Positions 24,450 through 37,299 of a DNA stretch of 64,000 nt are shown here, piece by piece. Under the pieces are notes generated by a model. The model ran no database searches. It saw only the letters and a list, made by a program, of their open reading frames with translations, and was not told the origin of the DNA. The first letter of the stretch is position 1. The number at the start of each line of letters is the position of its first letter. Position numbers and translations under genes: made by a program. This DNA is from Basidiobolus meristosporus CBS 931.73 (lineage: Eukaryota > Fungi > Basidiobolomycota). The stretch spans positions 33,259 through 97,258 of the forward strand of contig MCFE01000315.1 in NCBI GenBank assembly GCA_002104905.1, read 5' to 3'.

Positions 24450-25524
24450 TGCGGTAATGAAAAGTATTCCAATACTACAATATTTCACAACAATATTACA
24501 CTCATTTCTTTATTTTGCTTTTTGCTATTGTAACACACAAGTGAGAGATCAAAAATTTTCAACTTGAAGGACAAATGCTCCAGACCCTGACAAAAAATCC
24601 ACCAATGAATATTATGTCATGCAGAACACTCAGTAGCCAACGCATGTTTCAAATTAAAGCTCATTTGAAGCAGTACTCAGGGAGTTATGATCAAAAGAGT
24701 CCAATTATCACATTTACTAGGCTTTTATTGCTAGAATTACTATGGCTCTTTGATTGCATATAGTTTTTGAACCAGCCAATCAAGTAATGTGAACTATTGT
24801 ACAAGTGCTGCACCTATGTCCAATTGGCACCACCGCAAAATGTTAGCTTTGTATCAGGTGTATTGCTTGCACAATTGCCCAAAAACTTTGATCCTTCAGA
24901 ATTTTCATATATATGACTTCCCTGGCTGAAAATAAAAGAGAGCCTCTCTTTATAGAATCTCCATACTACAATCACAAGCTTAAAGGTTATAAGACTCCCC
25001 TGCATTACTTGCACTGCTGAGTATTTTGACTTTAATTGGTACTGCATCAGCAAAGAGGCTGCAAAGCTCACAAGAATCCAATCTAAGTTCTACAAAAAAA
25101 CTACCACTTTTCTGTTGGAAAATTTGCCACTGAGAAGCCCCTTTACTCTAAAGACACCCCTTTGGAGACCACTACAAGAAGCCCCTTTACTCTAAAAACA
25201 CCCCTTTAGGTTATAGGGGAGCTCAGAACTTCCATATTAGGAAATATTTTCTTAGATAGCAAAGTGACCATCAAACAAAAAGTGTTACTATACAAATAGA
25301 TAAGCCAATAGTCAACAGAAGGTCAGAACACTGCTGCAGAAGTGAGAATCACCACCTATAGTATATTTCAAGCCTAACAATGAGGACATTATTGTAGGTT
25401 ACAACTTCTATTGGTATATCAAACTCCCAATAAGATTTTTTGGTATTAGCATACTGGAAGTTGCTATATATTGTTGATTGGCATTTACATTATAGAACAA
25501 GCCCCACACTAATCATAATACAGC
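24450..25524 (+). repeat. Gypsy A LTR with its PPT (second copy)
   Basis: AAAGATGGGGAGACT then TGCGGTAATG; colinear with 8772-9757 + 13182-13406. Confidence 0.85.
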
Positions 25525-25589
25525 ATAATAGAAGATAAAGAAGTTGTATTGAGTTGTTACAATCTCTCTAGACCCAAACCATGAATTTT

Positions 25590-26271
25590 TTTGCTATCCA
25601 AATGATGCAATTGCAAACCAGTGGTCACTGTACTTTTGATTTATGTAATACCAAGGTTGTCTCATATTTAAGACAGAGACCCTTTAATAAGCACCCTGAA
25701 TATGTATACACCATATGCAGCACCAGTGTAGCTAATTGATCTGATGCGCACCTACACACCTGGTACATGCTTGCTAGGGCATCTTGTCCAATCACTAAGA
25801 TCTGGGACTTACATGCTCAAAGGGCAAGATGGGATAATTTGTGGTAAATCAGGTAGCTGATATATTGGGCAATGAGCCAGCTGGGGGATAACAGCTTCAG
25901 GATACCTTTAAACTAATCAACATTTGACATACTGTTCATTTGGAATAATGGTGAATAAATGGTAAGCATCAGTGTAGTGTATAATGTGATATACATTTAT
26001 TTCCAATTGCATTAAGAAAACCTATCCAAATACCAGAATTTACCTATCACAATAGTGGTATCCAATTGTGCACATGATGCTAACATTACAAGTTGCTGCT
26101 ATCTTCTATGCCAACCTCATCATGTCATACTGTGCCATACTGTGCAAGATTGTCTCACACAAAAATGTGAAAGAACAATCCTGCCTACTGGTAACTACAA
26201 AATTGCACCAAATTGTTGTTTGCAATTGTGAATTGCATTGGCCACCCTGGCATAGTTTGGAAAACAAGTCT
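25590..26271 (-). mobile_element. PHIS terminal fragment (ORF2-side end)
   Basis: Similar to 23640-24373; ends GGAAAACAAGTCT. Confidence 0.75.
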
Positions 26272-26289
26272 AAGTATTTTGTCAGCTGA

Positions 26290-27312
26290 TATTCCTAGTT
26301 TCCCAACATTGGCAACTCTTAATATCTCTGTTGCTAGATGATGGGTAGGCAAGTAAGCATAGTCACCACAAGGGGACTATGCTAGCTAGCTTCCAGACCA
26401 GGTTTGTTAGCTGCTCACTTTTTCCATCAAATATTGCATTTAAAATTTTGAATCAAAAACCAGCTGGAGGTCAGATGTACTTGAAGTGTGTGATTTTTCA
26501 TAGGGAATATGCACTTTGCCATGCAGCAATTTTCAAGTATCCCACTAGATAGCATGAAAAACTCATCAAGGCAAAGATACAGGTAGCTTTCCAGATACCA
26601 GTGAGAATACCATTAGATTTAGGCTCTGGTACTGCAATATAGCTAGCTGATTTAGATTCTTGATAGTCAGCAGCCAGCAGGACTTGCTGGCCAAGGATTT
26701 ACTCAGTAATAATTCATCAGGTGCCAAGGCAAAATCATGCTCATACATACCATTTACGTAGCCTGTGCTTTATAATTGTATGTGATATTTGCAATCAAAT
26801 TTGTTAAAAATGTGTGCACCTGATTGGTTGCAAGCTATGCAGCTGCTAACAGATTCTGGTATCAGAATGGACTCTGGGACTTACATTAACAGCTGCTTAA
26901 TTGCTTTCCATATATATTGAGTAGATGGCTAGTTGCATCTTGTAATTATTTTGGCAAAAGTAGGAGTGGGCTCTCAGAGCTCCCAATGCCAATATTGCTG
27001 GAAATACACCACTTCTCTAGCCACAAAACCATGTCATACACCAGCAAATGGACCACTGGGCTCACTTGACTTAGTATAATATCCTTGGCATCTCATTGGT
27101 TGGTGTTTTGTCATAGCATATGAGAATTTTGCCATGCCAGTGCAGAGTACAGTTGTTAGGGGAGAGAGGCTGACAATCCATCAGTAAGCCTTCTTTTTCA
27201 ATTCTATCACTCTGCAGGTCAAATTTAGAAGGCCTTAGAGAGCCAAAATGTGTAACAAACTCATATTGATTGGCTTGCACAGAATGACAACTAGAGCTGT
27301 GTGCTGTTACAG
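26290..27312 (-). pseudogene. CACTA Tnp2 fragment
   Basis: YEHDFALAPD...SKSCWLL...VSGK; homologous to ~3400-4350. Confidence 0.75.
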
Positions 27313-28902
27313 TATTATGATCTACCACTTGAATGTTTAAGTTAGATAAGTCTTTAATTAAATTAGTTAGATTTATGTTGAGCCCATCTGTATATCAGTG
27401 TTATCTATCAGATCAGTAAAATTAGTCAGCAGATGCATCAACAGATCCTTTTCATACAGAAAAAGATATATCAAGTGTAATCTAATAGGTGATAATGATG
27501 CAATCAAATGAGTCATTAGGCCCAACCTACATTAGGAAATATAATTAGTCCACAATTGATCTGGCAAAATATGTATATGGAGCTACTGGAACCACAATAA
27601 AGATCGGTTCAAGTTTAGTGAGTATAATGTAAGCAAAACTCCCTATTCCTCTACAACTCTTATATCAAAACTTGTAACATTGGTAGCAGCAATAACCAGA
27701 AATCTCCCCCCTGAAGAAAGAAGAAGCCTCCCTACAAGATTTCAGATAATCAGAATGGAGGAATGCTATGCATCAAATCCTGGCCCTGCAGCAACAAGGA
27801 ATTACTACAATTGCCCAAAACCAGCAAAACCTTGCCAAGAGTAACTTTAGTGTTAATATCAACTGGAACCATGGTAGAGGCAATGAAAACCTGGGAACAT
27901 GGCTCTTCCAGATTGAAGAAGCTTTCAAGGCAAAGGGAATTGCTCCTGAAAGCAAGTTGCATTATGCAGCCTCTTACCTGGCAAATGCAGCTTTACAGTA
28001 GTACCACAACAAGATCAGGTCAGCCACCATGATGGGATGCTCTATAACATTGACCTAAGATGAGTTTGTGTGGAAAATTCAGGATGACTTTGGGCTCCCA
28101 CACAAGCAGACACTACTAGAAAGAAGGTTGAAGATACTCAGACAGAAAGGAATGGTTCAAGAGCACATCCATGAATACAGATGTCCGCCTGTACCAGCTG
28201 AAAGAATGGACCCCCTGGATCAAGTGGAACAACTTACTGACGGGTTGGAAGAAACAACTTGCAAGGAAGTGAATTATTGAAATCCTCAGACTATTGAAGA
28301 AGCCATCAAGATTGTCATTGACTATGACTCAGCTATGCTTGGAGTTGGGAGGCTCACAATGACTAATTGGAGAGGCCACATATCACTATGAATGAAGACA
28401 ATCAGAAGAAATGCTAATAAAAATTGATGCTATGCAGAAGAGTCCTATCTCAGAGGACTGTAAGAAGAAAGGACTTTGCTGTAGTTGCCACCAGCAGGGA
28501 CATATTGCAAAGTAATGCCCTCAGGGAAGATATGAACACCAGCCATCAAGAACCTTTAACCGTATTGAGGCCCCTGAGCATGGTAACATGGATGGTGAGG
28601 TTAAAGACAACTCAGAGTTCACCGTCCATATGACCAAAGAGTACCTATGCCAAAAGACCTCAAACTCAGGAAAGCTATTTTACTTGAATGGAGTACTCAA
28701 CAGCGTACCTACAAAGATTATGGTTAACTCAGGATCATTGCAATAGCACATGTCAGAGCAATTTGCTTTGAAGGCTGGAGTCAACTTGGAACCTACCAAA
28801 TCAACTTCAGTCTCATCAGCTGATGGGAGTTCTCACATAATCAAACATATTACTCAGCCAGCAAGGACAAAGATTAATGTCTCTGAACAAGACCTATAGG
28901 CC

Positions 28903-31900
28903 TGTTATAATCTGCCACTTGAATATTTACGTTAGATCAGTTTTTGGTCAAATCAATTACTATATCTTTAGGTTATCAGTATATCAGTATTATCTATCAA
29001 ATCAGTAGCATTAGTCAGCAAATGAATCAACAGATCCCTATCAGACAGAAATAGATCTATTAAGTTGGGTCTTATTGGGTGATGATGATGCAATCAAATG
29101 TGTCATCAGTCACAACCTACATTAGGAAATACAATTAGTCAGCAATTGATCTTGAAAAATATATATAAGGAGCTGCTGGAACCTCAATAAAAATGAGTTC
29201 AAGTTTTAGTGAATACAATACTAGCTAAACTCCCTATTCCTCCACAACTCTAATACCAAGACTTGTAACATTAGTAGCAGCAATAACCAGAAATCTCCCT
29301 CCCGAAGAAAGAAGAAACCACCCTCAAGATGTTGGACAATCAAGAATAGAAGAATGCTATGCATCAAATCCTGGCCCAACAGCAACAGGTACTCCAGATC
29401 CTCAGCCAACAGCAACAAGGAATAACCACCATGGCTCAGAACCAGCAAAGCCTGGTTAAAAGCAGCTTTAGTGTGAAGGTCAACCGGTACCGTGGCAGAG
29501 TCAATGAAAACCTGGGAACTTGGCTCTTCCAGATGGAAGAAGCTTTCAAGGATAAAGGAATTGCTCCAGAAAGCAAGTTGCATTATGCAGCCTCTTACCT
29601 GGCAGACACAGCTTTGCAGTGGTACCACAACAAGATCAGGTCAGCCACTATGATGGGATGATCTACAATCTCTACCTGGGATGAGTTTGTGTTGGAAATT
29701 CAGGATGCTTTTGAACCTCCACACCAGCAGACTTTACTAAGAAGGATGTTAAAGAGACTCAGGCAGAAAGGAATGGTTCAAGAATACATCTATGAGTACA
29801 GATGTCTACTTGGACAAATTGGAAGAATGGACCCCCTGGATCAAGTTCAATACTTTATTGATGGGTAGAAAGAAAGAACTTGTAAGGAAGTGAATTATTG
29901 AATACCTCAGACTATTGAAGAAGCCATCAAGATTGCCATTGACTAAGACTCAGCTATGTTTGGAGCTGGGAAGCCTACAGTGACTAATCAGAAAGGCTAC
30001 AATCATTATGAAAGAAGACAGTCAGAAGCAGTACCAATGGAAATAGACGCTATGCAGACAAATCCTACCTCAGAAGAATGTAGGAAGAAGGGACTTTGCT
30101 TCAATTGCCACCAGCAAGGACATATTGCAAAGTACTGACCTCAGAGAAGAAATGGACACCAGCCATCAAGAACCTTGAGCCGTATTGAGGCCACAGAGCA
30201 TAGTAACATGGAGGATGAACTTGAAGAAGACTCAGAACTCACCTTTGACATGACAGAAGAATACCTACTCCAGATGACTTCAAACTCAGGAAAGCTATTG
30301 TACTTGAATGGAGTATTCAGTGGAGTACCTGTCAAGATTGTGATTGACTCAGGAGCATTGCCATAGCACATGTCAGAACAATTTGCTTTGAAGGCTGGAG
30401 TCAACTCAGAACCTACCAAATCAACTTCAGTCTCAACAGCTGATGGGAATTCTCACATAATCTACCGTATTACTCAGGCAGTAAGAATGAAGATCAATGA
30501 CTATGAAGAAGACCTACAGGCTTATATATTTGGGAACTGCAAGTTTGACCTTGTACTTGGAAAAACCTGGCTATTTTGTTGTAATCCATCAATCAACTGG
30601 AGAACCCATGCTACTCAGTTCCAAAAAGACAACAAGACCTATGAGCTATTACCTGCCAGGCTGGATTTCAACTTGGTCAATTCCTGTATGTGTGAGACTA
30701 GTGAACTTGGCAATACCCAGTTCTGTAGAGCACTTAGAAAAGGTACCCAGATGCTCCTCATGGCAGTATTACAGGAGGATTCTGCAACCCCAGCACCCTA
30801 ACAGGTCCAGACTCTCTTGAAGAAATATTTGGACATGTTTCCAGATGAGCTTGTAAGCTTAACACCAGTCAGAGATGTGGATCATGCCATTGACACAGAA
30901 GATAGCCCTCCAGTGAGCAAGACACCTTACAGAATGAGTCCATTGAAATTGGAGTAAATGAAGAGACAAATTGATCAGCTATTGGAGCATGGATACACCA
31001 GACCCAGCAAGTCATCTTGGGGAGCACCAGTGCTTTTATGAAAAAGAAGGATGGAACACTTAGGATGTGCATTGACTACAGAGCCCTGAACTCAGTTACC
31101 GTTAAGAATAAGTACCCCATACCTTGGATTGATGAGCTTTTGGACCAACTTAATGGAACCACTATTTTCAGCAAGATTGACCTCATGTCAGGATACAACC
31201 AAATTAGGGTGTAGCCAGAAGACATCCCTAAGACATCATTCAGGACCAGATATGGACATTACAAGTACTTAGTAATGAGTTTTGGCCTCACCAATGCCCC
31301 TGCAACTTTCATGACCCTGATGCAGACTGTCTTCCAGGAGTACTTAGACAAGTTTGCCATAATCTACCTAGATGATATACTGATATACAGCAAGACAGAA
31401 GAGGATCACTGGGTGTACATTGAAAAGGTCTTGAAGAAGCTAAGAGAGAACAAGCTTTATGGCAAGCTACCCAAGTGTGAAATCTTCAAGGAACACATTG
31501 AATATCTGGGACACATACTGACTAGCACAGGAGTAACCTTAGACCCCAAGAAGGTGGAAGTAATCAAGAATCTGAAGCAGCTCCATAGAATATCAGAGCT
31601 CAGATCATTCCTTGGAATGGTTTCCTAGTATTGGAGATTTGTCAAGTTGTTTGCAAGTATTACAGCCCTGTTGACTGATATCCTCAAGAAATATAATAGA
31701 CTTGTTCCATCATTCCAGCTGATCATAGTGCCCAATAGTGCCATAGCATGCCAGATGGTGCCTGATCATGCCACAGAGTGCCAAATGGTGCCATACAGTG
31801 CCAATTTGGGATCAAAATTGACGTGCATATGACCCTAAAATATCAAATTAATAATAAAATACACAGCACTCTCTGGCACTTTGATCAATGGCACAATGGA

Positions 31901-33559
31901 ACAAGTCTAATACCTACAAGTGGGACATAGCTTGTGAGACTGCCTTCCAGATGCTCAAGAATGAACTTGCTAAGCTGCCAAGCTTAAGAATACCATACTT
32001 CAGAAAAGAGTTCACTCTGTGCACAAATGCTTCAGATTATGCAATTGGTGGAGTGCTGAGCCAAGAGCCCAAGGGAAAGGACTACCCTGTTGCCTTTGAA
32101 TTCAAGAAACTGAACTCAGCAGAACAAAACTATCCAGTCCATGAGAAGGAGATGCTTGCTATAATACACTGTTTGAAGACATGGAGATGCTATATTGAAG
32201 GAGTCAAATGCACTGTGAAGACTGATCATGCCTTCCTCATGTATATATTTACTCAGAAGGTACTCTCTAGAAGTATGACAAGATGGAGTGAATACATTCA
32301 GCAATTTGACCTGGAGACTGTCTACTGCACTGGAAAAAACAATACAGTTGCTGATGCTTATCAAGAATAGATCAAGTTGCACAACTCAACTTGGTGCATG
32401 AATCAGATTGGCCTAGCCTATTACCAAAGTACTTGCAGGACCAAGCCATTCCTGATGAGGTGGATGAAGATATCAAGAAGATAATCTGTGATGAAGCCCG
32501 CAACTTTGTAGCACAGGATGAAACACTCTACAAAATAGTTGATGGAAGCCCTATTGCCTATCGCCCTTATGTTTCTTGCCTGGATATAATACATAAGCTA
32601 CACAATTGATATGGACATCTTGGAATGGAAGGAACCTATAGTCTTGTGAAAGCCAGAGCATGGTGGCCCAGAATGAAACAAGATATTGAGGAGCTAGTGA
32701 AAGCATGCCCAAATTGCCAAATCAACCAAGGCCAATCACAAAGAATTGCCAACCTGTTTCCCTTGAAGCCTGTAAGACCATTTGAACAATGAGGAATTGA
32801 CTTTATTTGAAGACTGCCAACTACCAGGAAATGCAACTGTTGGATCCTAGTAGCAATTATCCATGCCAATAAATGGCCAGTTGCTAAAGCTGTACCAATA
32901 GCCAGTGAACTAGACTAAAGCAACAGAAGCATTGACAGTTGCAAACTTTATATTGCTAAGAAACAACACTTGGAAGAAGTTTGGGCCACAATGGACAGGA
33001 CCATTCAAGAACATCAGAGAATGCCCATTTGCAACTTACCAACTGGTGGACAAACAAGGCAATATCCAGGAAGATTTAGTGCATAGGGACAGACTCAAGC
33101 TTGCAAGACTTGCTGATAATACTGAACCGTCAAGATATTGGTATCAAAAGAAAAGAGATTCAGGAGAACCCTCTCAACTTTAGTAGAGCAGAATGTTATG
33201 ATCTGCCACTTGAATGTTTAAGTTAGATCAGTTGTTAGTCAAATCAGTTAGTATATGTTTAGGTTATCAGTATATCGGTATTATCTATCAAATCAGTAGC
33301 ATTAGTCAGCAAACAAATTAGCAGATCCTTATCAGACAGAAATAGATATATTAAGTAGGATCTTATTGGGTGATGATGATGCAATCAAATGAGTCATCAG
33401 CCACAACCAACATTAGGAAATACAATTAGTTAGCAATTGATCTGGCAAAATGTATGTAAGGAGCTGCTGGAACCTCAATAAAATGAGTTCAAGCTTAGTG
33501 AATACAATACTAGCTAAACTCCCTATTACTTTACAACACTTATACTAAGACTTGTAACA
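28903..33559 (+). mobile_element. Gypsy B inner element, two LTRs (28903-29270, 33194-33559), TSD GGCC, integrase core deleted
   Basis: GGCC at 28899-28902 and 33560-33563; LTRs roughly 90% identical by eye; many stops. Confidence 0.93.
31698..31908. mobile_element. 211-bp MITE of the PHIS family, TSD AAT
   Basis: AGACTTGTTCCAT...ATGGAACAAGTCT; AAT on both sides; empty site at ~18280. Confidence 0.95.
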
Positions 33560-36406
33560 GGCCTATAGATTTGGGAACTGCAAATTGGACCTTGTACTTG
33601 GAAAAACTTGCTATTTTGTTGTAATCCATCAATCAACTAGAGAACCCATGCTACTCATATCCTGAAGGACCGCAAGACCTATGAGTTATTACCTGCAAGA
33701 ATAGGTTTCAGCTTAGTCAATTTCAGTGCATGTGAAACAAGTAAGCTTAGCAAGGCACAGTTTTGTAGAGCACTTAGAATAGGCACCCAGATGTTTCTCA
33801 TAGTGGAATTACAAGAGAATTTCTCTACTCCAGCAAACCAAAAGGTATAGACTCTTTTGACGGAATATTTAGATATGTTTTCAGATGAACTTGTAAGCCT
33901 ACCACCAGTAAGAGATGTGAACCATGCCATTGACACAGGGGATAGCCCTCCAGTGAGTAACACACCTTACAGAATGAGTCTGTTGGAGTTGGAAGAGATG
34001 AAGAGACAAATAGATCAGTTATTGGAGCCAGGATATATAAGACCCAGCAAGTCACCTTGGGGAGAACTAGTACTCTTTGTGGAAAAGAAGGTTGGAACAC
34101 TCAGAATGTGCATTGACTACAGAGCCCTCAACTCAGTTACCATAAATAATAAGTACCCCATACCTTTGATTGATGAGCTTTTGGACCAACTCATTGGAGC
34201 TGCCATATTCAGTAAGATTGACCTTATGTGAGGATAAACCAGATTATAGTGAAACCAGAAGACATCTTTAAGTCAGCATTGAGAACCAGATATGGCCATT
34301 CCAAGTACTCAGTCATGAGTATTGGCCTTAAAAATGCCCTGCAACATTCATGACCTTGATGGAAACAGCGTTCCAGCAATACTTAGACAGGTTTGTAATT
34401 TTCTACCAGGATGACACATTGATATACAGCAAGACAGAAGAGATTGTAGCAGTTTAAGAAGTGATTTGGATAAAAGGTGATTATCAAGAAATAGTGATAA
34501 TAGTTGAATTGTTATTTATTAATAAAGAAGCTCAGTATTTATACCTTTGTAGAAGTATTACAGCTGTAACACTAAGTAAGGAGAGCTTCTCAATATTCAG
34601 GAGCATTCTGTAAAGCTTCAGGTTTAGTACATAATGTTTAGTAATAGTGCTAGTTGATCCGGACTATAGAGGAATAATCATATGATCATAGATCTGAAGA
34701 AAGTGGCAAAGTTAGAGCTGTAAATTAGTCCCACAGTGACCAAGACTAGTCCAGGATTGTTAAGTAAGCTTTTTGCTGCTGAATGATACCAAATAGTCCA
34801 TTATTTCAACACCCCCCTCAACAAAATACTTTATTGATCCTAATTCCTTCCTGAGATTCTCAAGTTGTGGCCTAGCTAGTGTTTTTATCAATATGTCTGC
34901 CATCATTTTGTTAGTTGGATAGAACACTAACTCTACTAAGTTATTTTCTACAACTTCCCTCACAGAGTGATGCTGTATATCAATGTACTTAGTTCTGGCA
35001 TGGTTAGTATGAACTCTAGCTAATGAAATACATCTTTGATTATCCTTGTAAATACAAGTTGGCTCATCCAAATAAAAGACTGAGCCTTTGAATAGTTTTT
35101 GTAGCCATATAACCTCTGTAGTTGCTTGATGTGCAGCCATACATTCAGCTTTGGTTGTAGATAGGGCCACAGTTGGTTGTTTCTTGCAGTTCCAAGTAGT
35201 AGCTGCACCAGCATAGAGAAATACATATCCTGTAGTAGAGCATCTGTCAATCAGATCCCTACCCCAATCTGAATCACTATAGCCATCGATTTTTTGCCTA
35301 TTAGCTGCTCCAGAGCATTCCAGTACCATATCTATGGTACCTTGTAGATATCTGAAAATCTGCTTAGCTGCTACAATTTGATCTGATCTATAATTCTGCA
35401 TGAATTGAATAACTATTTCAGCTGCCACTGCAATATCTGGACGTGTAGACACCATCAAGTGCATTATGCTACCAACCATTGATTAACAGGGAAAGTTTTG
35501 GTCCATATTTGAGTCATTTTGATCTATCACTGGCTGAGATTTGCTTAGTTTTAGGTTATTGTCCATAGGGGTAGCTGCAGGTTTGCAATTTTGTGTTTTG
35601 AAGCATCTAAGATTGTCTCTGATGTACTTGGACTTATTCAGCACAATTTTCTGTGTAGGTATGCTGAATTTGACTTCAATTCCAAAAAAGTAACTCAATT
35701 TTCCAAGATCTTTCATCTCAAACTTGCTGAGGAGATCTGATTTTGTCTGTTTAAGAGCAACTTGGTCACTTGCAGCTATAACTAGGTTGTTCATATAAAG
35801 AACTAGGATGATAACACCCTTTTTGAGTTGTCTCACATATATACTGTGATCTGCAGTGCTACAAGAGAACCCACTTTCCTCTAGATATGTGTCAATCTTG
35901 TTGTACCAAGTTGTAGGTGCCTGCTTAAGCCCATACAAAAATTTTCCAGGTTTGCACACCTTATGGGGGTCTTTTGGATTGGTAGAACATTCTGGTTGCT
36001 CTATATATATAGCTTCTTGCAAATCCCTATTTAGAAAGGCTTTATTGACGTTCATTTGGTGTAGATCCAGACTGTGTACAGCTGCCAGGGCTAGAGCTGT
36101 CCAAAAGGATTTAGACTTTGCCACCAGAGCAAATGTTTCCTTAAAGTCTATTTCATGGATCTGGGAATAGCCTTTATCTACCAACTTAGCCTTGTACTTA
36201 TCAATGGTACCGTTTGAAGTTATCTTGATCTTGTAGACCCATCTACATCCTATTGGCATTCTCCTATTTGGTAATTTTACCGGTTCCAACAATTTTGCCT
36301 TGATCAGTGATTGGCACTCCTTCAGCATGGCTTGTGGCCACTTAGTAGCATCTGAACTTTGCGCTGCCAGTTCCAGATTCTGAGTTTTGGCACATAACGC
36401 ACAATT

Positions 36407-37299
36407 TGTTGCATTTTAAGAAATGATTTGGATATAAGGCACTTATCAAGAAATAATGAGAATAGTTGAACTGTTGTTTATTAACAAGTAAAGATTTGGT
36501 CAGACCATTTGGTCCGAATTGGAGCAAATGGTCTAATTGAATATAATTGTTTTTTCTGGATGGGTGTCTTACTTTTTTTATTTCATATCATATTTGGATA
36601 AACAATCTGAATATTTATTTTTGGAGCTGTTTTGATAATTTGATATATTTTATTTTATCTTTTCTTAAGACTTAGACCATGCCTTCTAGCAGTAAATATC
36701 TTGATGTTAATGTGCAAGTATCCATATCCAAGCAATTTATCAAATATAAAGAAGTCAAACAACTTTTATCTCTGCATTTTGACTGAAGTACACCTGGTTT
36801 GAGCTTCAAGGGAGTTACCACTGCACACTGAACAGTAAATGGCAATGTGAAATATGATATCATTTTGGATTTGGTACCAGGGGTTACATTAACTTTTTCA
36901 CAAAACTGTTTAAAATATATCAAGACTAACAGCAATGATACGTTGGGAAACATTGAGCATGCAACTGCTAATACTACCAAGAGTATTGTTACTGAAGACC
37001 TAGTTAATTAAGGAGCTCAGCATTTATATATTTGTAGAAGTGATACAGTTGTAACACTAAGTATGGAGGGTTTTGTCAATATTCAGGAGCATTCTGTAAC
37101 GGTTTCAGGGCTAGTACATAATAGTTAGTATTAGTATGAATATGATTCTGACTATAGGGGAATAATCATATGGTCATAGATCTGAAGTAAGTGGCAAAGT
37201 TAGAGCCATAAGCTAGTCCTACAGTGACCAGGAGTAGTCCAGAATTGTTAAGTAACTTTTTAGCTACAGAATCATACAAAATAGCTCAAAATTTCAACA
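36407..37299 (-). repeat. Extra copia-family LTR nested inside the copia element, itself split by a 519-bp insert
   Basis: TGTTGCA...TTCAACA, colinear with 39637-40008; flanks do not match. Confidence 0.85.
36485..37003 (+). other. Unclassified 519-bp insertion flanked by duplicated TTAA; terminal hairpin; 110-codon pseudo-ORF starting at 36679
   Basis: The LTR consensus TTATTAATAAAG is split as TTA TTAA|...|TTAA TTAAG; hairpin at 36502-36534. Confidence 0.6.

Noticed and set aside
36485-37003. Helitron or piggyBac assignment
   Set aside because: CTAG|T occurs at the right end, but there is no 5' TC and the strong hairpin is at the other end. TTAA is duplicated, but there are no TIRs. Left unclassified.
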